NCBI GenBank assembly: GCA_951406725.2
Contig: OX597836.1
Span: 43,214,001-43,278,000 of the forward strand
From: Octopus vulgaris
Lineage: Eukaryota
Length of the DNA stretch: 64,000 nt
Direction: 5' to 3'
Positions 1-12,120 of the stretch are shown here, in pieces (position 1 is the stretch's first letter; the number at the start of each line of letters is the position of its first letter). The position numbers were made by a program, and so were the translations under genes. Below the pieces are notes generated by a model, which was given only the letters and a program-made list of their open reading frames with translations, was not told the DNA's origin and did no database searches.

Positions 1-285
1 TGTATGTGCGCACGCACGCAGCTATATATGCATGCACTAGCGTTATGACCCGGTGTTGTTGGGTCAGAGTTCTAGTCTGACGATAAAATATTTACTGCTT
101 TTCGTAGTAGACAGCCGATGTTTCAGCTTAAATGACTTACTTTCAGTCTTACAGATGATGTTGTTTGTTTGCAACGAATTATACAGTCTTTAAAGTGAAA
201 ACTAGCTGGAAATTTCTAGCTTGTTTGTGGATGACATCACCATATTTGGTAACCAAAGAGTAACATAACAAAAACAAAACAAAAA

Positions 286-871
286 AAATTGTGATTGCTT
301 GCATATTCATTCTTAAAGCGTTCTGGCTGATCCGAACATAAATATGCTTATAGCTGTTGTATTTGTCACATGAGAACAGCTTCTCCTTTACGACCAATAC
401 GTGTTCGTAGCTCATTCTATTCGTTAATTCAACGGAATCCAGGTCACCGCTGTTTCGACATGCTATGTCTCGTCAGACAGAAATTGTGATTGCTTGCGTA
501 TTCATTCTTAAAACGTTCTGGCTGATCCGAACGTAAATATGCTTATAGCTGTTGTATTTGTCACATGGGAACAGCTTCTCCTTTACGACCAATACGTGTT
601 CGTAGCTCATTCTATTCGTTAATTCAACGGAATCCAGGTCACCGCTGTTTCGACATGCTATGTCTCGTCAGACAGAAATTGTGATTGCTTGCGTATTCAT
701 TCTTAAAACGTTCTGGCTGATCCGAACGTAAATATGCTTATAGCTGTTGTATTTGTCACATGGGAACAGCTTCTCCTTTACGACCAATACGTATTCGTAG
801 CACATTCTATTCGTTAATTCAACGGAATCTGGGACACCGCTGTTTCGACATGCTATGTCTCATCAGCCAGA
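286..871 (-). repeat. Tandem array of three 195-bp units, each carrying a hammerhead-ribozyme motif (retrozyme / Penelope pLTR-like)
   Basis: AAATTGTGATTGCTT recurs at 286, 481 and 676 (period 195). Units are near-identical. The minus strand of each unit has CTGA(T/C)GA-GACAT-AGC-ATGTC-GAAAC. Confidence 0.9.
828..871 (-). ncRNA. Type I hammerhead ribozyme, apparently intact
   Basis: Minus strand reads UCUGG-CUGAUGA-GACAU(AGC)AUGUC-GAA-ACA(GCGG)UGU-C-CCAGA: three paired stems, full consensus core, GUC cleavage triplet. Confidence 0.85.
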
Positions 872-1060
872 AGTATCCAGACCAATGAATCTAAGAAGAG
901 CCGGTGGCTTTGTGATAAACTGTTTGCTGATCCATGCCGATATCTGACAACCGATAACGAATCATCATACGCACAGTAAGTAGTCAGATTCGAAACGATG
1001 ACGAATCTAATATGACATTGATTAATATTAAATGTGAACGCATCTCCAGTTAAATTTACA

Positions 1061-1353
1061 TCTTTATATATAAAAGTGAAGTTGTGTGTCTGTCTCCTAC
1101 GATTTAGATTCCTAACTACTCCCACATTTTGCGGTGCAGTTTAACCAAAACTAAATATCTTCATAGTCGTGATTCATATCGAGCCCTTCTGTATTAGCGC
1201 GCGACTACGATGAGTCTACGATTTAAAAAAAATTACCATCATTTTTCCCCATTTTTAATGCATTTTTTTACTATTTTTTGGCTATAACGCTCTAAAAATG
1301 CTTATATAGTTATTTCCATTACAAACCCGAGCAACGCCGGACGATATTGCTAG
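1061..1353 (+). mobile_element. Non-autonomous Helitron (family H1)
   Basis: Starts A|TCTTTATATATAAAAG. GC-rich subterminal motif CCCGAGCAACGCCGG, ends CTAG|T, no TSD. Homologous copies at 56582 and 62892. Confidence 0.85.
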
Positions 1354-1463
1354 TTTACTATAAATCCATTTAACTAAACATTTCCTCACTTCCCAATTTG
1401 GACAACATCAACAAAATATCTTCTTGCTCTTTTACTCTTTTACTTGTTTCAGTCATTTGACTG

Positions 1464-1625
1464 AAGGCGTAGGAGTGGCTGTGTGGCAAGTAGCTTACTT
1501 GGTTCCGAGTTCAGTCCCTCTGCGTGGCACCTTGGGCAAGTGCCTTCTACTATAGCCTCGGGCCGACCAAAGCCTTGTGAGTGAATTTGGTAGACGGAAA
1601 CTGAAGGAAGCCTGTCGTATATATG

Positions 1626-1676
<51 letters not shown>

Positions 1677-1886
1677 TTGTGTGTCTGTCTTTGTCCTCAA
1701 AACATCGCTTGACAACCGATGCTGGTGTGTTTACGTCCCCGTAACTTAGAGGTTCGGCAAAAGCGACCGATAGAATAAGTACTAGGCTTACAAAGAATAA
1801 GTCATGGGATCGATTTGCTCGAATAAAAGCGGTGCTCCAGCATGGCCACAGTCAAACGACTGAAACAAGTAAAAGAGTAAAAGAGT
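1464..1886 (+). mobile_element. tRNA-derived SINE family A (CORE-like ACCTTGGGCAAGT box, internal (TA)n(TG)n, (AGTAAAAG)n tail)
   Basis: Pol III A/B-box-like head (TGGCTGTGTGG ... GTTCAGTCCC). About 20 copies or fragments across the window in both orientations. Confidence 0.9.
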
Positions 1887-2849
1887 ATAACAAAGAGGCC
1901 TCCTGAGCCCCTAACGTTAAATTCCACTAAAAGAAATACCCAGACCTACTAATAAACAATCTGTATCTTATATGATGAGTCTGCTTGTTTATTATTCCCG
2001 ATATGTTTTTGATTTTCTGGGCCAAAAAAAAAAAAGACAAGCCCCACTCTAACTAATGATTAGTTTCCACTAAAATCAGACTCAGCCTACCGTCTTCAAC
2101 AATGAAAGGTCACAATGACCAATATATTTTTTTTAATTTTCTCGTAAAATCGTGATGGTCATGGCTGGCTTGCCATTCATCGAAATTTTGATGAATCAGG
2201 GCTTATAAGGGCTGAAACGGCAATGATAACGACGATCCTAGCCAATGAAGGGATTACTACGCTGCCGTTCGCCCTACTAGAACAAGGAACAAAAGTCTCC
2301 CTCATGACACGCCCTGCCTGCCGCCTTAGGAAAAGAAATTAATAAAATACCCCTAAAAAATTGGGACGGTCGTGGCTGGAGTGTCTCTGACCTTAGATGT
2401 GTTCAATCAATGTTGATATGGTAAAGAACAATAACAACAGCTACAATACTGGTGCTAACGTTGGTATTAATTAAATACATTGATCTGTTATATTCGTGAA
2501 AATAAACAAAATAATAAACAAATGAAAAGAAGAGAAATTTTGACACAGGGCCTGCAGTTTTAGAGTAAAGGGTTTAATCGATTAAATTGGCCCCAGTACT
2601 TGATTGGTACTTTATTTTATCGACCACAATAAAAATCAAATGAAAGGCAAAGTTGACCTCGACGGGAATAGAACCTAAAGAGCCGGAACTAATAATGCAA
2701 AGCATTTTTCCGATTCTTTAACGATTCCATGAGGTCGCTGCAATATTTCTCTTTTATTTTTTTCCTCTTTTACTTGTTTCAGTCATTTGACTGCGGCCAT
2801 GCTGGAGCACCGCATGGCGAATAATAACTACTAGTAACAAGGATATTGA

Positions 2850-2865
2850 TTTATTAATTTTTATT
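2850..2865 (-). terminator. Polyadenylation signals of His/Gly-rich gene 1
   Basis: Two AATAAA hexamers on the minus strand ~85-100 nt after the stop codon. The paralog has AATAAA at the equivalent place (20053). Confidence 0.6.
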
Positions 2866-2948
2866 TAATAACAAACAGCACCAAATTGTATTATGGATTG
2901 ATATTTATCTTTTGAATTAGAGAGTTCTCATTTTTTTTAAAGTCCTGT

Positions 2949-3731
2949 TTAATAGTGGCCATGTCCACCAAGACCAGCGTAACCGTATCCACCGAAACCA
3001 TGTCCATCAAAACCAGGTCCACCAAAACCGTGTCCTGCAAGAGCGTGCCCATCATAGCCAGCTCCACCATAACCGTATCCACCATAACCTAAACCGCCAT
3101 AGCCGTATCCACCGTGTCCAGCAAGTCCACCGTGACCAACAACACCACCGTGACCAACAAGTCCACCGTGACCAACAACACCACCGTGACCAACAAGGCC
3201 ACCGTGACCAACAACACCACCGTGACCAACAAGGCCACCTGCTAGAGCACCACGACCAGCGAAACCGTACCCGCCAAAACCTCCGTAACCTGCATGTCCA
3301 TCATAACCGGGACCAGCATATGCGCCATGTCCACCTTCAGCACCGTACGCAGCAGCGTGCCCAGCTACAGCACTGTGTTCACCACCGTATGCGTTGTGGC
3401 CAGCATGAGCAACAAAGTTTCCATATTTTTCCAACATGTCGTCCTTGTGTTTGTCGTGGTCCTCGTCGTGTTCATGGTGTCCATAGTTGTCCACGTGATC
3501 GTGTTCATGGTTGCGGAAACCGACGTCGTAGGCGGCTTTCACACCATGTTCACCGTGTTCAGCGTAGGCGTTGTTTGCTACGTGTTCAGCAGAAGCTACA
3601 CCATGGTGGGCTTCATCGTGGCCTTCTTTTCCATAGTGTTCACCATAGTGTTCACCGTGGGGTAAAACTGAACTGTTTACCAAAAGGAAGACGGAGGCGA
3701 AAACAGCCAGGGCAAGAATGGACATGTTCAT
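2949..3731 (-). CDS. Secreted histidine/glycine-rich structural protein 1 (histidine-rich beak protein-like), 260 aa
   Basis: Hydrophobic signal peptide MNMSILALAVFASVFLLVNS. His/Glu/Asp-rich N-domain, Ala-rich linker, 7 GHGG-containing hexapeptide repeats, GYG/GHGF motifs, C-terminal HY. GC-rich coding composition against an AT-rich background. Polypyrimidine+AG acceptor at 3760-3761. Confidence 0.92.
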   Translation of the reverse strand: MNMSILALAVFASVFLLVNSSVLPHGEHYGEHYGKEGHDEAHHGVASAEHVANNAYAEHGEHGVKAAYDVGFRNHEHDHVDNYGHHEHDEDHDKHKDDMLEKYGNFVAHAGHNAYGGEHSAVAGHAAAYGAEGGHGAYAGPGYDGHAGYGGFGGYGFAGRGALAGGLVGHGGVVGHGGLVGHGGVVGHGGLVGHGGVVGHGGLAGHGGYGYGGLGYGGYGYGGAGYDGHALAGHGFGGPGFDGHGFGGYGYAGLGGHGHY

Positions 3732-3919
3732 GATTGCAGTTTATAGAGGACGTGGAGATCTGAAAATAAGGGGAAAAAAAGTTATTAATTAAGGTAATCA
3801 CAAGAAGCATTAATAATGTTAATTAAAAGATATTCAAGTTTAAAACAACAATTATATCATGGATTAGTTATACTGCAACATCAATTTCAAATTTTAGAAG
3901 TCCACTACTATCAGGGAGG

Positions 3920-4190
3920 GGTTAAGTCGATTACATCGACTCAGGGTTCAATTTATTCTAATTTTATCGATCCTTAAAGGATGAAAAGCAAAGTCGGCAT
4001 TGGTGGCATTTGAATTCAGAACATGAAGACAGACAAAATACCTATTTCTTTACTACCCACAAGGGGCTAAACACAGGGGGGGGGACAAACAAGGACAGAC
4101 AAACGGATTAAGTCGATTACATCGACCCCAGTGCGTAACTGGCAACGCATTTCGCCCGGCGTGCTAACGTTTCTGCCAGCTCGCCGCCAA
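3920..4190 (-). mobile_element. SINE family C (Meta/Sauria-like central box GCCTTTCATCCTTTCGGGGTCGATAAA), rearranged copy
   Basis: Head GGCGGCGAGCTGGCAGAAACGTTAGCAC on the minus strand. Same family at 6730, 29295 and 31780. Confidence 0.75.
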
Positions 4191-4491
4191 GGGTAATTAG
4201 GAATAGTGGAGGTAAAGACTCAAGAAGAAGGAGGGGGTTAAATTGCTATGAAGAAACGGATGTGGAAAGTTAGAGTTGGACATGTAAGATACGAGCTTAA
4301 AAGCCGTCTGAGCTAGCTCCTGAGGAGAGCTCTTCATTGGACCTTCTGCTCAACAATAGCTCTTCACAATTTCCGTCAAAACAATGATACAATCTGTCGT
4401 CTGGGAACTTATTGCAAAGCTGCATGATAAACAGCATTTTTTTGTCTGCCTATTCAAGGCGTCAGTACAGATTTTTTTTGTCTAGCTTATT

Positions 4492-4524
<33 letters not shown>

Positions 4525-4731
4525 TGATTGTTTTCAACCATCCCCATTACAATACCACCGCCATCGCCACCACAACTGCCATACACACACCATTCAGACA
4601 ATTTTTTTTGGTTCCCTTAAGGTGTCAGAAAGTTTTGTATTAAAAAATAATAATGGTTTCTTTCAGTTTCATGTTTTGTATGAACAAACAATATTTACGA
4701 ATCAGGAAAATACGTAAACTTAGAATATCCC

Positions 4732-4826
<95 letters not shown>

Positions 4827-4828
4827 AC

Positions 4829-5194
4829 GGGAAGGTTTACGAAAATAAACAAAAGACGAAGGCAGGTGGAGTACAAGCAAACAAAAGTATTAGTATGGCG
4901 CTCAGGAATAGAAATAGAACAAGTCTTTTACGTTTCGAGCCTACGCTCTTCAACAGAAAGATACACAGGAGAGAAACAAGGAGAGAAAAAAGGAGAGAAT
5001 AAAAAGGAGAGAAAAAAAAGAGAGAAAAAATGCGTGTAGGAGTTAACGATCTATCATGGCGTTATATATATATACGGCCTGCTCGCTTAGCCAGCGGGGT
5101 GGCGTCATTTGAAGGCTAAAACAGTGTGAATCGCATTGTGACAAGCGATGTGTAACAACATCTGATACCCTGGTCGGTCACGGTGATCACGGTG

Positions 5195-5245
<51 letters not shown>

Positions 5246-5364
5246 CATCTTTCTGTCGAAGAGCGTAGGCTCGAAACGTAAAAGACTTGTTCTATTTCTA
5301 TTCCTGGGCGCCATACTAATACATTTGTTTTGTTTGTACTCCACCTGCCTTCGCCTTTTGTTTA
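4829..5364. mobile_element. Inverted pair of Penelope-like pLTR fragments, each with a minimal hammerhead motif
   Basis: ~4845-4962 is the reverse complement of ~5247-5364. Motif TCTTT-CTGTNGA-A-GAGC(GTAG)GCTC-GAAAC-GTA-AAAGA at 4924-4961(-) and 5248-5285(+). Confidence 0.7.
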
Positions 5365-6208
5365 TTAAGACTCTAAGGAATAGAGTCTTAATCTCTTGAG
5401 TCTTTCCCAATAGCTTATATGCTGCACAGAGGCTATCTTCTTTGTGTAGCTTCGTTGGATCGCCTCAAGTTCTATGATTAATTTGACACTGGACGGTGAC
5501 CATAGCTGAGAGCAATAGTCAAAGTGGCTTAGGACAAGTGTCCTCCGGAGGACCATCATGGTTTCCTGGTCTCTTGTTCTAAAGGCTCTAAGAATCCATC
5601 CGGTCAGCCGCCTACATTTCATTGCCAATTTAGCAACATGCACATGAAAGGTTGCATCATTACTCATGTAAATACCCAAGTTTCGCACTGATTGTGCCTC
5701 TGGGATTGCAATCCCTCCAGGTCCAGTGTATTTATTGGGTATTGCATTTAGTTTTGCATGCTGATAGCATAAAGCTTGAAACTTTTCAGCATTGAACTGC
5801 ATGCTATTCTTTTCAGCCCACTTGTATATTTTGTCCAGCTCACATTGCAGGTGCTTAGTGTCTTCAGGGTTCTGTATTACCTGTGAAACTTTTGTATCAT
5901 CTGCATAACTTGTGATCGTGGCTCTCTGCGTGGCTGAGGGCATGTCCGAGATGGCCATTATGAACAGTAGTAGTCCCATAACTGTGCCCTGCGGAACACC
6001 GCTCACCATTTGCGTGTTAATGCAGGCGGCCCCATTGGCTACTACCACCTGACTTCTATCCTTCAGAAAGTCATGAAGCCATTCTCCCAATTTTCCAACT
6101 ATGCCAAGATCACGCAGTTTGTGACGTATCATTCCATGATCGACTTTATCAAAGGCCTTTGCAAAGTCGAGATATCTCACTTCCACATTTGAGTGGTTGA
6201 GCAATTGT
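5365..6208 (-). pseudogene. LINE (CR1/Jockey-group) reverse transcriptase fragment
   Basis: RT motifs YLDFAKAFDKVDH, SGVPQGTVMG, YADDTK, MQFNAEK, NLGI. The first ~30 aa of the track ORF come from an adjacent SINE tail. Truncated at both ends. Confidence 0.9.
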
Positions 6209-6224
6209 TTATTCTGTTTCTTTT

Positions 6225-6437
6225 TCTTTTTTATTACTTGTTTCAGTCGTTTTGACTGCGGCCATGCTGGAGCACTGCCTTTAGTCGAGCACATCGACTC
6301 TAGGACTTATTCTTTGGAAGTCCAGTGCTTATTCTATCGGTCTCTTTTGCCGAACCGCTAAGTTACGGGGACGTAAACACACCAGCATCGGTTGTCAAGC
6401 GATATTGGTTCACACACACACATATATATATAAAAAT

Positions 6438-6511
<74 letters not shown>

Positions 6512-6725
6512 TCTTTGCTTATTTAAATTCTGTTTTAATAAACGACTAGGCTTAAATTTTCCTTTTTTACATACCGTTTCCGTCTACCAAATCCACTCAC
6601 AAGGCTTTGGTCGGCCCGAGTCTATAGTAGAAGATACTTGCCCAGGTTACCACGTTGGGGGGCTGAACCCAGAACCATGTGGTTGGTTAGCAACCTACTT
6701 ACCACACAGCCACTCTTGCGCCTAT
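6225..6725 (-). mobile_element. SINE family A
   Basis: Matches 1464-1886 in reverse orientation, with an expanded (TA)n. Confidence 0.85.
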
Positions 6726-6729
6726 AATA

Positions 6730-7160
6730 AAGACAGACGAAATACCTATTTCTTTACTACCCACTAGGGGCTAAACACAGAGGAGACAAACAAGGACAGA
6801 CAAACGGATTAAGTCGATTTTATCGACTCCAGTGCGTAACTGGTACTTATTTAATCGACCCCTAAAGGATGATAGGCAAAGTCAACCTCGGCGGAATTTG
6901 AACTCAGCACGTAACGGCAGACGAAATACATATTTCTTTACTACCCACAAGGGGCTAAACACAGAAGGAGCAAACAAGGACAGACAAAGGGATTAAGTCG
7001 ATTACATCGACCCCAGTGCGTAACGGGTACTTAATTTATCGACCCTTAAAGGGTGAAAGGTAAAAGTCGACCTCGGTGGAATTTGAACTCAGAACGTAAC
7101 GGCAGACGAAATATCGCAAAGCATTTCGCCCGGCGTGCTAACGTTTCTGCCAGCTCGCCT
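6730..7160 (-). mobile_element. SINE family C, tandem dimer
   Basis: Two ~185-bp units joined at GACGAAATAC, with the head at ~7160. Confidence 0.8.
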
Positions 7161-7440
7161 GATATATATATAATTATCTGTCTATGTATGAATGTATATA
7201 CATAGGTGTATATGTACATATATACATATATATAGATATGTTTCTTTATTAGCCACACAGGGCTGCACACAGACAGGACAAAATTACAAGGTAGAGCTTT
7301 TCTTTTGGGGGTAAAAGAAGGGAGTTTGGTTTTCGATTAAAAGGGATCGTAAATGGAAAGAAAGAGGACAAAAAAAGGGGGGGATAAAATAAAATTTAAA
7401 AAAAAAGATAGATAGATAGATAGATGGTTAGATAGATCTA

Positions 7441-7528
7441 ACTTTGACTATTGCTCTCAGCTATGGTCACCGTCCAGTGTCAAATTAATCACAGAACTTG
7501 AGGCGATCCAACGAAGCTACACGAAGAC

Positions 7529-7530
<2 letters not shown>
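7441..7530 (+). pseudogene. Short inverted copy of the LINE RT fragment
   Basis: Nearly identical reverse complement of ~5435-5524 ([27 protein letters not shown]). Confidence 0.8.
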
Positions 7531-7601
<71 letters not shown>

Positions 7602-7622
7602 GTCGGTAGGTAGGTAGGTAGG

Positions 7623-7681
<59 letters not shown>

Positions 7682-7702
7682 GTCGGTAGGTAGGTAGGTA
7701 GG

Positions 7703-7777
<75 letters not shown>

Positions 7778-7798
7778 GTCGGTAGGTAGGTAGGTAGG

Positions 7799-7865
<67 letters not shown>

Positions 7866-7886
7866 GTCGGTAGGTAGGTAGGTAGG

Positions 7887-7951
<65 letters not shown>

Positions 7952-7966
7952 CGATAGATAGATAGA
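7530..7966. repeat. (GATA)n/(GGTA)n compound microsatellite
   Basis: Direct reading. Similar tracts at 10953-11277, 28215-28730, 40698-40808 and 41360-41545. Confidence 0.95.
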
Positions 7967-8014
7967 TGATGCAGGTTCTTTCAAGGAAAGGAAATTTAGA
8001 AAGAAATGTCTTAC

Positions 8015-8045
8015 CTCCCGGTAGCTGGTCAGACGGTCAATGAAT
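8015..8045 (-). other. Predicted non-coding first exon of gene 1
   Basis: Minus strand: GTATATATA (8072-8080), Inr-like TCATTC, 31-nt exon, GAG|GTAAGA donor. 24/31 identical to the equivalent exon at 16739-16769. Confidence 0.75.
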
Positions 8046-8310
8046 GATGAAAACAGTTAGACATCAACCGATATATATACTGGCTAAGTCTAGCTGGTCA
8101 GTCTAGTATTATCTGTAATGTTGAAACAAACAACACACCTGTTCACTGACTGAAAATAGGTGCAATGGCATTTTTTTTCTTTTTTTTTTTCTCTATTTTT
8201 TTTTTTTGGTGCCGGCTCAAGTGGCCACTCAAAAAACACGCTAGAATGTTATTTATATTGATCTAAGGAATTTTGGTCACAGCCACTCAAACTTTGATAA
8301 TACAGTGATG
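8046..8310 (-). promoter_or_regulatory. Promoter of gene 1
   Basis: TATA box plus blocks conserved in order with 16490-16738: CTGTATT..CAAA, TGACCAAAA, GAGTGGC.ACTTGA, TATTTT.AGTCA.TGA, AGATAATACT.GAC.GACCAG. Confidence 0.7.
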
Positions 8311-8329
8311 TGGGCGGTGTATGCACAGA

Positions 8330-9265
<936 letters not shown>

Positions 9266-9377
9266 GCGTGGTGGGGAGGGGCTGTTTGTATACAGAATTG
9301 CATTTTCATTGTTGTTGATCTGCAGTCTTTAGAAAACCCTTATCGAGCGGACTTATGATTAAGTGCTAATCGATGTA

Positions 9378-10093
9378 CAGTAATCCATTGCCATATCGCG
9401 GTTCGCCTATCGCGGTTCACTTATCGCGGTTCATCTGTCGTGGTTTATTATTTTATTATTTAAGTTTACGTCGATTCCTCCGTGACGTTGTTTTGCATTC
9501 ATAATAAAATAGATACTCTTTTACTCTTTTACTCTTTTACTCTTTTACTCTTTACTCATTTACTCTTTTACTTGCTTCAGTCATTTGACTGCGGCCATGC
9601 TGGAGCACCGCCTTTAATCGAGCAACTCGACTCCGGGACTTATTCTTTTGTAAGCCCAGTACTTATTCTATCAGTCTCTTTTGGCGAACCGCTAAGTAAC
9701 GGGGTCATAAACACACCAGCATCGGTTGTCAAGCAACGCTAGGGGGACAAACACACACACACACAAACACACACACAAACACACACACAAACACACACAC
9801 ATACACATATATACATATATACGACGGGTTTCTTTCAGTTTCCGTCTACCAAATCCACTCACAAGGCATTGGTCGGCCCGAAGACACTTGCCCAAGATGC
9901 CACGCAGTGGGACTGAACCCGGAACCATGTGGTTGCTAAACAAGCTACTTACCACACAGCCACTCCTGCGCCTATACAAATTATAAAAACAGTTATAAAA
10001 ATATACAGTACAGTACTGTTTCTACTTCGCGGATTTTCATCTATCGCGGTGGGGTTTTGGAACGTAACACCCACGATAGTCGAAGAATTACTG
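9378..10093. mobile_element. Tigger/pogo-like MITE interrupted by a family A SINE (9515-9975, -)
   Basis: TA|CAGTAAT ... ATTACTG|TA termini and subterminal TATCGCGG repeats. Confidence 0.7.
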
Positions 10094-10407
10094 TATTCTG
10101 CGTGCAAAATAATGTTTTTTTAATTTTGGGGGTTTGTTGTTTTGGGGGGTTTTTTCAGAGTGTAGGAAGTAGTATTTTAAGGGAATTGGTAGCTACTCCC
10201 GGTGTGATGAAAGCCATCCAATTTTGACCAATCCGTCTGTTATCATTATCAGAAACATTCTCATATGTATCATTCAATTTTTTTTCACATGATGTGATAT
10301 GAGTCATAGCTATTATTTCTAGCAAATACTCATACCAAACAACCTCAGTTAGCTGTTGTTTAGCCCCAATTAAGTCTTGATCAAGCATGTATATATAAAT
10401 GTGTATA

Positions 10408-10949
10408 TCTATTATATAAAATCCGTTCTGTCTGTGTGTGTGCGTGTTTTAGGATCTCGGGCAACCGCCATCAGTTTGCGCTCAAATTTGATATGTAGAT
10501 ACCGACGGTATTAGGGCGTGTATAAGTCTTGAAAAAATTATAAAAATCGATTCCAAGTGAGAATGCGATCGATAAAGCCGTGGGAATGTGCTTTTCTTCC
10601 GTCAACTGAACCTTTAATTTTTTGTTGTTTTTGTACTGCTTAAAGGCACGTTTCTTTCCTGCCAAGCTTACTGTTTAAACCATGTTTGTGTTCTCCCACT
10701 CAACAGCCTTAAAATTACTGGTACTTTAAACTCTTCGGTTGCATATTTGCGTGAATAAAATCGTTTTTCTTTGGAATAGGAAAAAAGGCTATTTTTATTT
10801 CTTCTTTTGCTGGTGTCTCAAATTTAGGTTAAATCGGTGTTTCTCAAAGGGGAGGTCTATGGGACGGTCGGACAAGTTGTTTTGAGAAAATTTGGTTTAA
10901 ATGTTTGACAACTCAGCACCGTCCATTGGACGGGGGGATTTTTTGCTCG
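10408..10949 (+). mobile_element. Non-autonomous Helitron (family H2)
   Basis: A|TCTATTATATAAAA start, hairpin CCGTCCA-T-TGGACGG (10919-10933), end CTCG|T (CTAG variant). Confidence 0.65.
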
Positions 10950-10953
10950 TATC

Positions 10954-11045
<92 letters not shown>

Positions 11046-11063
11046 GATAGACAGGTAGGTAGG

Positions 11064-11154
<91 letters not shown>

Positions 11155-11167
11155 ATAGGTAGGTAGG

Positions 11168-11198
<31 letters not shown>

Positions 11199-11199
11199 G

Positions 11200-11271
<72 letters not shown>

Positions 11272-11381
11272 TAGATATAAATAATAATAATATGACAACA
11301 AAAGAATGAATGAGAACTCAATATTATGTAAATAGAGGGATTTATCTATAATATAATATGTGACAATTAGTCGGTTGCCAT

Positions 11382-11611
11382 AATAAAACTCTGAGTTTCG
11401 GATGTCAGGGCGGAATTCTGCTCCGGCATCTCGTGCGCGCATGCGTACGTATGTACAGGCGCGCATACGCGGATTCTATGAACGTGGGTTTACTTTCTTC
11501 GAGTATTTACTTTCTCCCTATTCGGGTAATTTCCCTTTATTTTACGGTAATTTTCATAGCATTTTTGTTTGCCTTAATAACTGACGAGATGCCGGAGCAG
11601 AATTCCGCCCC

Positions 11612-11616
<5 letters not shown>
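11382..11616. mobile_element. Inverted Penelope-like fragment with a hammerhead motif split across the two arms
   Basis: 11402-11433 is the reverse complement of 11584-11616. The right arm supplies AATAA-CTGACGA-stem II. The left arm (minus) supplies stem II-GAAACTCAGAGTT-TTATT. Confidence 0.55.
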
Positions 11617-11685
<69 letters not shown>

Positions 11686-11726
11686 CTGTCCGAAAGTTTT
11701 AATGCTCCCTATTGCGTTTTTGTTCC

Positions 11727-11757
<31 letters not shown>

Positions 11758-11836
11758 CACGTTGTATATGTATATATATATGTATATGTATATATATATG
11801 TATATATATATATACTTGTGTCTATATTTCTAGGTG

Positions 11837-11883
<47 letters not shown>

Positions 11884-12067
11884 TATATATATATAAACAT
11901 ACATGTATATATGCATGTACACACATATATATATATTCAAAACTGTGTGTTTTGAAAAGTATATAAAAAATATAAATTCGACATGGGGTCGATTATATAC
12001 CTTTTTAACTATATATTTTTTTCCATTTTTTGCATTTTTTGGCTATAACATGTATATATGCATGTAC

Positions 12068-12120
<53 letters not shown>

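Noticed and set aside
286-871. CRISPR-like appearance of the 195-bp array and of the 31780-32845 array
   Set aside because: Whole units are repeated with no unique spacers, there are no cas genes, and the context is eukaryotic.
1449-1715. Recurrent ORFs containing VSVYQIHSQGFGRPEAIVEDTCPRCHAVGLNPEP
   Set aside because: Antisense translation of SINE family A, not a protein family.
2949-3731. Suckerin identity for the Gly/His-rich proteins
   Set aside because: They lack the Pro-flanked Ala/Thr/His modules alternating with GGY blocks. The architecture fits histidine-rich beak protein-like proteins better, so no gene symbol was assigned.
3294-3733. Antisense ORFs over genes 1, 2 and 3 (e.g. 3294-3665, 3320-3733, 19153-19592, 46522-47254)
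   Set aside because: Shadow frames caused by the stop-poor codon usage of Gly/His-rich coding sequence. No independent signals.
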